DNA from: a virus
Length of the DNA stretch: 64,000 nucleotides
IMG/VR virus record: IMGVR_UViG_3300044858_003284
Reading direction: 5' to 3' (one strand)
Part shown: piece by piece, positions 56,432 through 64,000 of the stretch
Position numbering within the stretch: position 1 is the stretch's first letter
Layout of the letters: every line of letters begins with the position of its first letter
Translations under genes and position numbers: made by a program
The notes under the pieces: model-generated
Databases searched by the model: none
What the model saw: the letters and a program-made list of their open reading frames with translations, nothing else
What the model was told of the DNA's origin: nothing

Positions 56432-56669
56432 TGTAATTGTTGAGTTGATCGAAAAAGAAAAGGTTACCAGCTCTGGTATTGTCCTTTCATCGGCCGATCC
56501 AGCAGAAGCCAATCGTGCTAAAGTAGTTTTCCTTGGACCTGATGTAGAAACTGTTCAGAAAGGTGACTTTGTATTACCTAACTGGAATTCAGCCCGCAAG
56601 ACAAAATATGATGGTACAGACTATTATATTGTAAGTGAAGAAGAAATTGTTTTAATTTTTGGAGATTAA
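56409..56669 (+). CDS. groES: Co-chaperonin GroES
   Basis: LKPI.NNVIV, TSSGIVL, GPDV, EEEI; AGGAG RBS with TTG start. Confidence 0.85.
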   Translation: MLKPIKNNVIVELIEKEKVTSSGIVLSSADPAEANRAKVVFLGPDVETVQKGDFVLPNWNSARKTKYDGTDYYIVSEEEIVLIFGD

Positions 56670-56670
56670 T

Positions 56671-56850
56671 ATGCCATTTGATATTACTAATGAAGAATAT
56701 ATTGCCGTTTTAGAAACTGAAAAAGAAACACTTCTACGACACTATTACAAACCTCAATCTGAAGGTACAGGACATTTTAATACGGCTGCTTCCGTATTAC
56801 AACACCGTATTGATGAGATTCGTAAAGAAATGGGTTCAACACTACAATAG
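56671..56850 (+). CDS. Hypothetical protein
   Basis: GGAG RBS; GTGHFNTA. Confidence 0.6.
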   Translation: MPFDITNEEYIAVLETEKETLLRHYYKPQSEGTGHFNTAASVLQHRIDEIRKEMGSTLQ

Positions 56851-56859
56851 GAGAATGGT

Positions 56860-57129
56860 ATGACCACGTTTACAACTGACGATAGAAAATCAGCCTATGA
56901 TCCAGGTTTAGGTTGTGTAACACCATCTTCTGCCAATGGCATGGAAGAACCAGACCTTGTTGCAGAAGCACCTTATCATCCAGGTTATGAAGATGCGGTC
57001 ATTGAAAGTAAACGATTAACTATTCTATCAAAAGAATTTGATGAGTTACTTAAAGTGAAAGATCGTCATGTTACCACCTCGGCTAAGATTATTGAGTTTC
57101 TGAAAGGTGGTCAGAAATGGGATCGTTAG
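56860..57129 (+). CDS. Hypothetical protein
   Basis: MTTFTTDDR, AGGAG RBS. Confidence 0.6.
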   Translation: MTTFTTDDRKSAYDPGLGCVTPSSANGMEEPDLVAEAPYHPGYEDAVIESKRLTILSKEFDELLKVKDRHVTTSAKIIEFLKGGQKWDR

Positions 57130-57492
57130 TCCAACTTGATTTATTTCCAGACAATGAACAACTCTCTTTTAACTTTGAACAAACCATGCAAAAATTAGGA
57201 CCGTCTTTTACAGTTACCACAAATAATCTTACCGCTGCCACCGAAGAAGAGGCAATAACCATTTCTAATGAATATGTGAAAGAAACAACATGATTACATT
57301 TTTAGGCATTATTGGCTTTATCATCACCGTGTTAGTGGCCATACCAGCAACACTCATCGCTTTCGCAACACTCATTGAGCATCCGATCCGTACCGTGATT
57401 ACTCTCTGGATGACTCTCATCGAGACCTACAAGGACCTCTGGCGTAACCTCACTCAATAACGAAACGCAGCTGCGAAACGTAACATTATATC

Positions 57493-57711
57493 ATGGCAAA
57501 ACTCCTAATACCATCTCTCTTAATCCTCTGCGTTTCCGCCGCCTCCGGCCAAGAAGCGCCTTCCGCATCCGAGATCGCAAAAGATTCTAAAGGTAAAGAA
57601 ATTCTTCTCCAATGTCGGCCTCAGAAGCCGCTGAGCCATACTTGGATTTGCACCGACCAGAATGGTAAAATAATTTCCAATTTACTCATTAAAGAGAGGG
57701 ACGCTAAATGA
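57493..57711 (+). CDS. Small exported protein
   Basis: Signal peptide, two Cys. Confidence 0.5.
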   Translation: MAKLLIPSLLILCVSAASGQEAPSASEIAKDSKGKEILLQCRPQKPLSHTWICTDQNGKIISNLLIKERDAK

Positions 57712-57859
57712 GGCTTCTACACATCTTCCAGTTCTGGACTTATCCGTCCCTCTGGCTCACTACTCGATTCTGGTATTGGAAAGAAACCACACCTAAAGGT
57801 TATCTTCTTCTGACTATCTGTGGTATCGCAATGGTCTTTGACCGAGCAGATAGGTTTAT

Positions 57860-58105
57860 ATGAACGGCCGCCAATGGAAAGACGGAGAGACCGCTGCTCA
57901 CTTTCTCTATTACGATGAAACTGGCCGAATCGTTGGTGAAGTGAACCGTGCTGGACATCAGATTAATACGAAACATACCACCACCGTTTATCCTAATGCC
58001 AGTCAAACACTTTCATTAGGCATGTATATTAATTCTGATACCGCTAAGGCAGCCGTAGAGAAATTCTGGTTAATACAAGAAAGGACTTTAATTGAACATG
58101 AATAA
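57860..58105 (+). CDS. Hypothetical protein
   Basis: ORF in dense array. Confidence 0.6.
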   Translation: MNGRQWKDGETAAHFLYYDETGRIVGEVNRAGHQINTKHTTTVYPNASQTLSLGMYINSDTAKAAVEKFWLIQERTLIEHE

Positions 58106-58289
58106 CGAAATGAAAGAATTATTAAAGAAACACAATATTGGATATAACCAACAAACCATTCATATTTCAGGTACCAGAATGGTTGAATTCTGTACCGATA
58201 TCTCAGGTAAATGGGTACCAATCCAGGATGTGATGCAGCTGGTAGAGAGAATCAATGAACTAGAGAAACAACTCCATGGGAGTAGATAA
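58098..58289 (+). CDS. Hypothetical protein
   Basis: Coupled ORF. Confidence 0.5.
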   Translation: MNNEMKELLKKHNIGYNQQTIHISGTRMVEFCTDISGKWVPIQDVMQLVERINELEKQLHGSR

Positions 58290-58492
58290 TGAAAGTAATA
58301 CTACAAGAAGTACCAGAAATATCAGGATCCACCTATCGGTTAATTGCTGAGACCGAACCTGGTCTTGGTGGCTATACCACTCTGACCTTCTCTAGTATAT
58401 GGACTGGTGCCAAGAAACCAGACGAACCACACATTAAGTACCGAGTCCACCTCACAGATGAAGCAAAGAAACACCTTAAAGAAATACTATGA
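58289..58492 (+). CDS. Hypothetical protein
   Basis: Coupled ORF. Confidence 0.55.
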   Translation: MKVILQEVPEISGSTYRLIAETEPGLGGYTTLTFSSIWTGAKKPDEPHIKYRVHLTDEAKKHLKEIL

Positions 58493-58752
58493 AAATTCTA
58501 TTATTATGCCTCTCTGTGATCCTTACTGGATGCTCTACGATTGCACAATATCCAGTCACAGCGGCTTCAATGACTATATGGGGAACCACAGGTAAGACTA
58601 CAGGTGACCATGTGCTTTCTTTTGTAACTGGTAAAGACTGCGTAACTCTCCGTATTTTTTCACAATATGAAAACGAGTATATCTGCGAAGAAGTGGTAGA
58701 AGAAAAAATCTATGAGATACGAGGACTGGATAAAGTCTTGGCAAAAAAGTAG
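58489..58752 (+). CDS. Lipoprotein
   Basis: Lipobox LTGC; TGKTTGDHVLS..TGKDC. Confidence 0.7.
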   Translation: MKILLLCLSVILTGCSTIAQYPVTAASMTIWGTTGKTTGDHVLSFVTGKDCVTLRIFSQYENEYICEEVVEEKIYEIRGLDKVLAKK

Positions 58753-59094
58753 GATCCTCTGGGGCCACCTGGAAAAAAATTTAGGAATTCGAAAATCCTG
58801 AAAAAATAGCCGAGAAAAAAAGTTACTGAATATCCAATCCGACCACCAGCAAAACTTTTTTAGCACTGCTATTCTGCGCTGAATAGCCTGTATTACTCCC
58901 CGAGCCGTGCCCCGTATACGATTCGGAGCAGCCTCTCAGAGCACCGCACCGTTCCGACTCAATCCCCACACGGACTCCACAGGGGCTCCCGTACCAAAAT
59001 CCACGAAAAATCTCGGTGGCCACCAATACCTGACCAATCCGGTCAAGAATTATCCTCAATGGCCTCAATGGCTTACGGCATGCAAAAATACCAT

Positions 59095-59122
59095 TTGACA
59101 AGCCCGCCAATACCTGTATAAT
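59095..59122 (+). promoter_or_regulatory. sigma70 (early) promoter
   Basis: TTGACA-16-TATAAT. Confidence 0.75.
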
Positions 59123-59155
59123 AATCTCATTAACTCAGAAAAGAAAGGTATTAAA

Positions 59156-59431
59156 ATGTTTTCATATATTGACACCATCCAGAATTTAACCGTTGCAGAA
59201 AAACGCAATTTGGTCAAATCCATTAAGCTCATGATTAAAGAGCATATTGCTGCTAACCGTGATGCAAATTTCCAGCGTAAGCAGAATTCCGCTTTATTGC
59301 GTGCTCAGAAAAAAGCTGACCGCATCGCCGCTCTTGAAGCAAAGCTCGAAGCGCTTCGCAATCCAGTCGGTGCCAAAGCTATCAAGGCTAACAAAAAGCC
59401 TTCCAAAGTGGTAGTTACCAAAACGGCGTAA
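59156..59431 (+). CDS. Basic hypothetical early protein
   Basis: AAGG RBS downstream of promoter. Confidence 0.7.
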   Translation: MFSYIDTIQNLTVAEKRNLVKSIKLMIKEHIAANRDANFQRKQNSALLRAQKKADRIAALEAKLEALRNPVGAKAIKANKKPSKVVVTKTA

Positions 59432-59500
59432 GCTGCTGTTTTTAGTGATTTTATAGTGGCGCTTCTCAGTAGGCGCCATTAGTAAGATTATTAGGATATT

Positions 59501-59710
59501 ATGTTAGAGCAAATTAAATTATTACCACTTAACGATAAAAAAACACTATTGGCCATGCTTCAATCGGACATAGGGTTGACCGTCAAGGTGGATATAGTAG
59601 TAGAAAAACCAAGTATTTTTACATTGGAGTCCAGGCGCTGTAATGATATAGCCTTAGTAAAGCGCCATGGCCGCTCAGTAATTTACACGGAATTAAATGA
59701 GATACTCTGA
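59501..59710 (+). CDS. Hypothetical protein
   Basis: AGGA RBS. Confidence 0.55.
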   Translation: MLEQIKLLPLNDKKTLLAMLQSDIGLTVKVDIVVEKPSIFTLESRRCNDIALVKRHGRSVIYTELNEIL

Positions 59711-59855
59711 AATGCTTAGGAGCTTTTCTCTAGGATACTCAGGAAGTGGTAGGAAATGTGCGGAGAATCGTGGAAACAAACTAAGAGCCGCAAAGAGCAC
59801 CTATATGGCGACTGGTATAGCGACTATATTACGGAAAGTAATAAAGAGGCCTCTA

Positions 59856-59916
59856 TGTTGTTTTTATACAACGGATGTTCGATTTTTATTGACATCCACC
59901 GCCATTCTGGTATAAT
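59856..59916 (+). promoter_or_regulatory. Palindromic operator plus sigma70 promoter
   Basis: TGTTGT-N6-ACAACG; TTGACA-16-TATAAT with TGn. Confidence 0.72.
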
Positions 59917-59946
59917 GGTATTTTGAATTGATTGGAAATTTTTATT

Positions 59947-60720
59947 ATGAAATTATTATCTACTGGTAATCCTAAGGTTTTGAAAGGATTGGCACAAGGT
60001 TACAATACTTACATATTGCACCTTGCTCCCTCTACCTTATCTGGCCATAATACCTGTCCTAAGGCTACTGCAGGTTGCATTGCTTCTTGCCTTAATACGG
60101 CAGGTCGTGGTGGTATGTTTAAGCGTGGTGAGACCACTAATACTATTCAGCAGGCTCGTATCCGTAAAACCAAATTATTCTATGAGTTCCGTTCGGAGTT
60201 TATGTCTATGTTGGTTGCTGATATTGAGCTCGGTATTAAACAATCGAAGCGGTTAGGTTTAATTCCCGTATTCAGATTAAATGGTACCTCGGATCTCTCA
60301 TGGGAAAAATATGAGGTTGTGCGTAATGGTGAAGTTTTCACTAACATATTTGCAGCATTTCCTGATATCCAATTCTATGACTATACCAAGGTTATTGGTC
60401 GTAAGGTATCAGGTATCAAAAATTACCATTTAACCTTTTCTATGGCGGATGGTAATTATATGGATTGCAAGCGTGCCGTGGTTGAAGGTTTGAATATTGC
60501 TGTGGTATTCGGTATCAAGAAAGGTACTGCAATGCCTAAGAAATTCTTCAACCATAATCTATCCGTATTTAATGGTGATGATAGCGATTTACGCTTTCTT
60601 GATCCAAAAGGTTGTGTGGTTGGTCTATATGCCAAAGGCAAGGCCAAAAAGGACACCAGCGGTTTCGTAAAATATCCTGTTGGTGATTATAAGTTTACTA
60701 TGAAATTGGAGGCAGCATGA
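59947..60720 (+). CDS. GP88-like protein (Cys-x6-Cys-x3-Cys, possible Fe-S/radical-SAM-like)
   Basis: CPKATAGCIASC, RLNGTSD, FYDYTK, GDDSDLRF.D. Confidence 0.7.
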   Translation: MKLLSTGNPKVLKGLAQGYNTYILHLAPSTLSGHNTCPKATAGCIASCLNTAGRGGMFKRGETTNTIQQARIRKTKLFYEFRSEFMSMLVADIELGIKQSKRLGLIPVFRLNGTSDLSWEKYEVVRNGEVFTNIFAAFPDIQFYDYTKVIGRKVSGIKNYHLTFSMADGNYMDCKRAVVEGLNIAVVFGIKKGTAMPKKFFNHNLSVFNGDDSDLRFLDPKGCVVGLYAKGKAKKDTSGFVKYPVGDYKFTMKLEAA

Positions 60721-60860
60721 GCGGTATGAAAGCATTTCTGGATGAAGTCCAGGTATTATTGGAGTGTGGTTACAATGCCGACCAAATCTCCCAAGCATTA
60801 GGTTGTTCCTTGGAAATGGCAGAGCAGGCAGTAGAGTATTGGACGGACTTTGCGGAGTAA
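60717..60860 (+). CDS. Small HTH-like protein
   Basis: GGAGG RBS; GYNADQISQALGCS. Confidence 0.5.
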   Translation: MSGMKAFLDEVQVLLECGYNADQISQALGCSLEMAEQAVEYWTDFAE

Positions 60861-60930
60861 TTATGTTATTATCGTATAAGTTGGATTTATATGTGTTTTT
60901 ATTTGGTTTATTATTAATGGTGGTGGTACT

Positions 60931-61116
60931 ATGAATGTGTATATTGTAAAATCTGGCCAGTTGGTTGATTTTGCTGGTTGGGAATGGTTGAACCTACGAG
61001 CTTTTGCTGACTATGACAAAGCCGTGGCATTTATGCAATTGGTTCAAAATCAGATACCACGAAAGAACCTTGGGAATACCGAGGATGTAGAAATTGAAGA
61101 ATTAACGCTGGAGTAA
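60931..61116 (+). CDS. Hypothetical protein
   Basis: MNVYIV...EIEEL. Confidence 0.6.
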   Translation: MNVYIVKSGQLVDFAGWEWLNLRAFADYDKAVAFMQLVQNQIPRKNLGNTEDVEIEELTLE

Positions 61117-61277
61117 AATTATGACTGAAAAACAATTGGTATTGGCAGCGATCCGTGAGTTCCACTTCAAAGGTCGTACCAATGAGCAGATAGCCAAGGT
61201 ATTGCATATGCCATTGGATCAAGTAATTGAAGAGGTTAAATTTATTGTATTTTCACCTGGTTATATTGGGAGGTAAT

Positions 61278-61565
61278 ATGTTTGGTGGTAAATTGTTAGT
61301 AGGTACTCGTAAAATGATTCAAGGCACCCATCGGATGCATGCGTATCAGGATACATGGGAAGATTCTGTGGATATTCAATTCGATGGTGAATTGACACCA
61401 GCCGTATGCTTGGCCATCTGTGAGGCATGGAAGAATTCTGGTCGCCTTGGTGAGAACCAAAGTGGTTATGGCAAACTCCGATGGGGTAATGCTGATACCA
61501 TACTTGGTGTGGATGTGGCAAAGCGCCAATTACGCCTTGGTTGCTCGGTTAATCTGTGTGATTAA
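61278..61565 (+). CDS. Hypothetical protein
   Basis: GGAGG RBS before ATG 61278. Confidence 0.6.
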   Translation: MFGGKLLVGTRKMIQGTHRMHAYQDTWEDSVDIQFDGELTPAVCLAICEAWKNSGRLGENQSGYGKLRWGNADTILGVDVAKRQLRLGCSVNLCD

Positions 61566-61607
61566 TCCACAATAGTTGACCGATTTGGTCGACTATTATA
61601 CAGGGTA

Positions 61608-61636
61608 TTGACATTTATACCAGTTTCCTGTATAAT
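61608..61636 (+). promoter_or_regulatory. sigma70 (early) promoter
   Basis: TTGACA-17-TATAAT, preceded by inverted repeat AATAGTTGACC/GGTCGACTATT. Confidence 0.78.
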
Positions 61637-61863
61637 GGTTTTTTAATGTGGAGAAATGTATGACATTTTATGTATGTGATGGTTTACTTTTTGATTCGTA
61701 TCAAATGGCGGTGAATTATGCCAATGAGCAATTTCGTAAGTTTGATATTGCTTTGAATATTGAGCGGGTAATCAAGGTATGATGCTCGCAATCAATGTAG
61801 GTATTTTGTTGTATATGGTAGCAGCAGGTTATTTAATTTATTATGTGATTAAGGAGTATTGAT

Positions 61864-62397
61864 ATGCCAAACTGGTGTAATAATAATATAGAATTGTCCC
61901 ATCCTGATAAGGCGATGGTAGAGCGTGCCGCTAAAGCGTTTGCTGACGGTACATTATTGAATGAGTTTATTCCATTACCAAAAGAATTGGAAGACACCAC
62001 GGCACCTGCTCGGCAGTCCGATGAAGCCTTGGTCGCCAAATACGGCCATTCTGATTGGTATTCGTGGTGCATCGCTAATTGGGGTACCAAGTGGGATATC
62101 TCGCCATATGGTGTAGAAATCAATGAGTTTGGTACTTTGGTCGGTGCCTTTGATTCACCATGGGGTCCTCCAATCGAAGCATATTCAAAGCTTGAGGAGT
62201 TAGGTTTTGAGGTTCGTGCATATTACTGTGAACCAGGCATGGGTTTTGCTGGAATGTATGAAGGATTTGATGAGTGCTATGATTATTCTGGCATGAATGC
62301 TGATGAAGCGGAAGAATACATTCCTGAGACCTTAAACGAAATGTATGGCATCACCGAATCAATGCGTGAATGGGAAGAGGAGAATTCTGATGAGTAA
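61864..62397 (+). CDS. DUF1281/YubB ferredoxin-like protein
   Basis: MPNWCNN, WGTKWD, FDSPWGPP, EPGMGFAG. Confidence 0.8.
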   Translation: MPNWCNNNIELSHPDKAMVERAAKAFADGTLLNEFIPLPKELEDTTAPARQSDEALVAKYGHSDWYSWCIANWGTKWDISPYGVEINEFGTLVGAFDSPWGPPIEAYSKLEELGFEVRAYYCEPGMGFAGMYEGFDECYDYSGMNADEAEEYIPETLNEMYGITESMREWEEENSDE

Positions 62398-62554
62398 AGA
62401 ATTTGAAAGCAAAGTCACTCTTGTGTTTGAAGGTAACAGTATTGAAGCCGATTCTAAAGAAGAATACCTTGAAAAGCTCAAGGAACTATTCTACGATGAA
62501 TTTAACATTGAATTGAGAGATTCTGAAATTACTGAAATTATGGAGGTTGTATGA
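62390..62554 (+). CDS. Hypothetical acidic protein
   Basis: GGAG RBS. Confidence 0.55.
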   Translation: MSKEFESKVTLVFEGNSIEADSKEEYLEKLKELFYDEFNIELRDSEITEIMEVV

Positions 62555-62757
62555 GTAGAAAATTTGAAATGATTGAGGTATTGATTGATAATGATATCGA
62601 TACCATTGTGGCCGATGCAGTTTGTAATGATATGTCATTATTGGCACAAATGCTACACTCTGGCTTCAAAGGTTATGAAAACTACACCGAAGAAGAATTG
62701 GTTCAAGAAATGAACGAGCGTGGCCTTTGGAATGAATGGTTTAAGGAAACTGTATGA
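62551..62757 (+). CDS. Hypothetical protein
   Basis: GGAGG RBS; GFKGYENYT. Confidence 0.6.
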   Translation: MSRKFEMIEVLIDNDIDTIVADAVCNDMSLLAQMLHSGFKGYENYTEEELVQEMNERGLWNEWFKETV

Positions 62758-62885
62758 GTAGATGGGAATTCACAATCAAAGAATTAAAGGCACTACAGCA
62801 GGAAACGCCAGATACACCATTAATCGTTGAGGCGTATGTAGAATGGGTTCTATTAAAAGGTTATTCCATCAAGAAAACCAAATAG

Positions 62886-62936
62886 TGTTGTATTTTTACG
62901 ACAGGGGCTTGAAAATCCCTGTGGTAAGAGTATAAT
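62886..62936 (+). promoter_or_regulatory. Palindromic operator plus sigma70 promoter
   Basis: TGTTGT-N6-ACGACA; TTGAAA-16-TATAAT. Confidence 0.7.
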
Positions 62937-62965
62937 GGTACAATTAATTGAGTGAAGGATATATT

Positions 62966-63250
62966 ATGTTGAAATTTGAAGGTATTGCAAAAGTTGGTGA
63001 TGTGATTCGTGCATACGATTTTGCACCATGTGCTGGTCGTGATGATGCATTTATTGAAGGTGTGGTAGAGCAGGCTAATTGTAATGAACCTGGTTTTAAT
63101 TGCTATAAGGTTACGGTGACTGCTGACAAATTTGTTAAGTTTGAAACCAAACCTAATAAAAAGAATCGTGTTGGTAAAATTATGTTTGTGCCACACCAGA
63201 CCAGTTTTATGGAATTTGATTTTCGTGTGATTAATTTGAGTAGAGGTTAA
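62966..63250 (+). CDS. Hypothetical protein
   Basis: VGDVIRAYDF, AAGGA RBS. Confidence 0.65.
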   Translation: MLKFEGIAKVGDVIRAYDFAPCAGRDDAFIEGVVEQANCNEPGFNCYKVTVTADKFVKFETKPNKKNRVGKIMFVPHQTSFMEFDFRVINLSRG

Positions 63251-63251
63251 T

Positions 63252-63542
63252 ATGGATTTATACGAAGGCATTGATGCATATATTAAACACTTGGCGGATG
63301 ATTACGGCACCAACGTTTACAATAATAAGAAGTTTTATGCTGCTGTTGGTCGTAAGTATGTGCATATCATCATGGAAGATAACCAACGCAGTTCACATTC
63401 GTGGGTGATGTTGGCAGATGATAAGAAGTTTAAGCAAGGTGACATTCTTAAATCAGCATCATGGAATGCACCAGCAAGAAACTTTGCTCGTGGTAATGTA
63501 TTGTGTGGTGGTTTTAAACATATTAGATGGTGTGGAGCGTAA
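63252..63542 (+). CDS. Conserved phage hypothetical protein
   Basis: GRKY...GDILKSASWNAPA...RGN. Confidence 0.75.
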   Translation: MDLYEGIDAYIKHLADDYGTNVYNNKKFYAAVGRKYVHIIMEDNQRSSHSWVMLADDKKFKQGDILKSASWNAPARNFARGNVLCGGFKHIRWCGA

Positions 63543-63544
63543 TT

Positions 63545-63859
63545 ATGAAATTAAATTATAATGAAAAAGAAGCGGTGATGCAGGCAATATTTGGCAATCA
63601 CAAATCACCTGCTGGCTTTCGGTCAACCTACAAAGGTGTGCCAATTGGTAACTATGAAATGGTAAAACAATTTATTGATTTTACCAAATATTTTGTAATG
63701 TTCCGTGGTCCTCGTAGGCGTGGTGCCAGTTCCACTCGGAAATGTGATGCTCATTCATTTGATGTGTATCAGCGTGATATGACATCGGTTCGTGAGATTC
63801 GTATTGAGCATGAAGCATTTCAGCGTGGCGTTAGGTGGGCTAATAATCGTAGCCATTAA
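63545..63859 (+). CDS. Hypothetical protein
   Basis: FRGPR motif. Confidence 0.6.
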   Translation: MKLNYNEKEAVMQAIFGNHKSPAGFRSTYKGVPIGNYEMVKQFIDFTKYFVMFRGPRRRGASSTRKCDAHSFDVYQRDMTSVREIRIEHEAFQRGVRWANNRSH

Positions 63860-63867
63860 TTGGAAAT

Positions 63868-64000
63868 CGCATAAGGTGTAACTAGTTTAAGCCGATATGC
63901 GTGGTGATGTGTGGGAAAATCACATTGCTTGGTCTTACTGGAGGAATATCCGTGGCAGACCTTAAAGAGCCAAAACAGCGGCTGATAGTTTGTTGGTTTC
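63868..64000 (+). ncRNA. Putative structured non-coding RNA (truncated by window end)
   Basis: Four consecutive hairpins with G-U pairs. Confidence 0.4.

Noticed and set aside
58823-59110. ORFs 58823..59110 (-) and 58907..59098 (+)
   Set aside because: No RBS and atypical composition; treated as non-coding
1-64000. Stop-codon reassignment
   Set aside because: Core genes are full length in the standard code, and TAA, TAG and TGA all terminate genes

Overview
64-kb segment of a large, AT-rich T4-like (myovirus) phage genome, standard genetic code, almost all genes on the + strand. It contains the T4-type replication core (gp45, gp44, gp62, regA, gp43, uvsX, gp41, gp61, nrdAB, rnh), host-like genes (peptide deformylase, Hsp20, DnaJ, GroES, fatty acid desaturase), a 9-gene glycan synthesis/modification cluster, a block of probable capsid-packaged internal proteins, a Gram-negative lysis module (spanins, GH19 endolysin), three conventional tRNAs, and after about 59 kb a probable early region with strong sigma70 promoters. 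Most notable: a 70-nt non-canonical tRNA-Gly(UCC) at 8833-8902. It keeps the GlyRS identity elements but lacks the features used for ribosome/EF-Tu function, like non-proteinogenic tRNA-Gly. It co-occurs with two DUF4338/DruA-like, probably Mom-like GNAT, paralogs in the replication module, which suggests a Gly-tRNA-dependent DNA hypermodification system (inference). Other observations: a probable injected ligase-like plus nucleotidyltransferase-kinase pair, a recurrent TGTTGT-N6-ACAACA operator, -35 boxes inside hairpins, a ROSE-like thermometer, nested ORFs, a Cys-rich repeat export operon and a multi-hairpin RNA at the window end. Family names come from motif recognition only; no database search was run.
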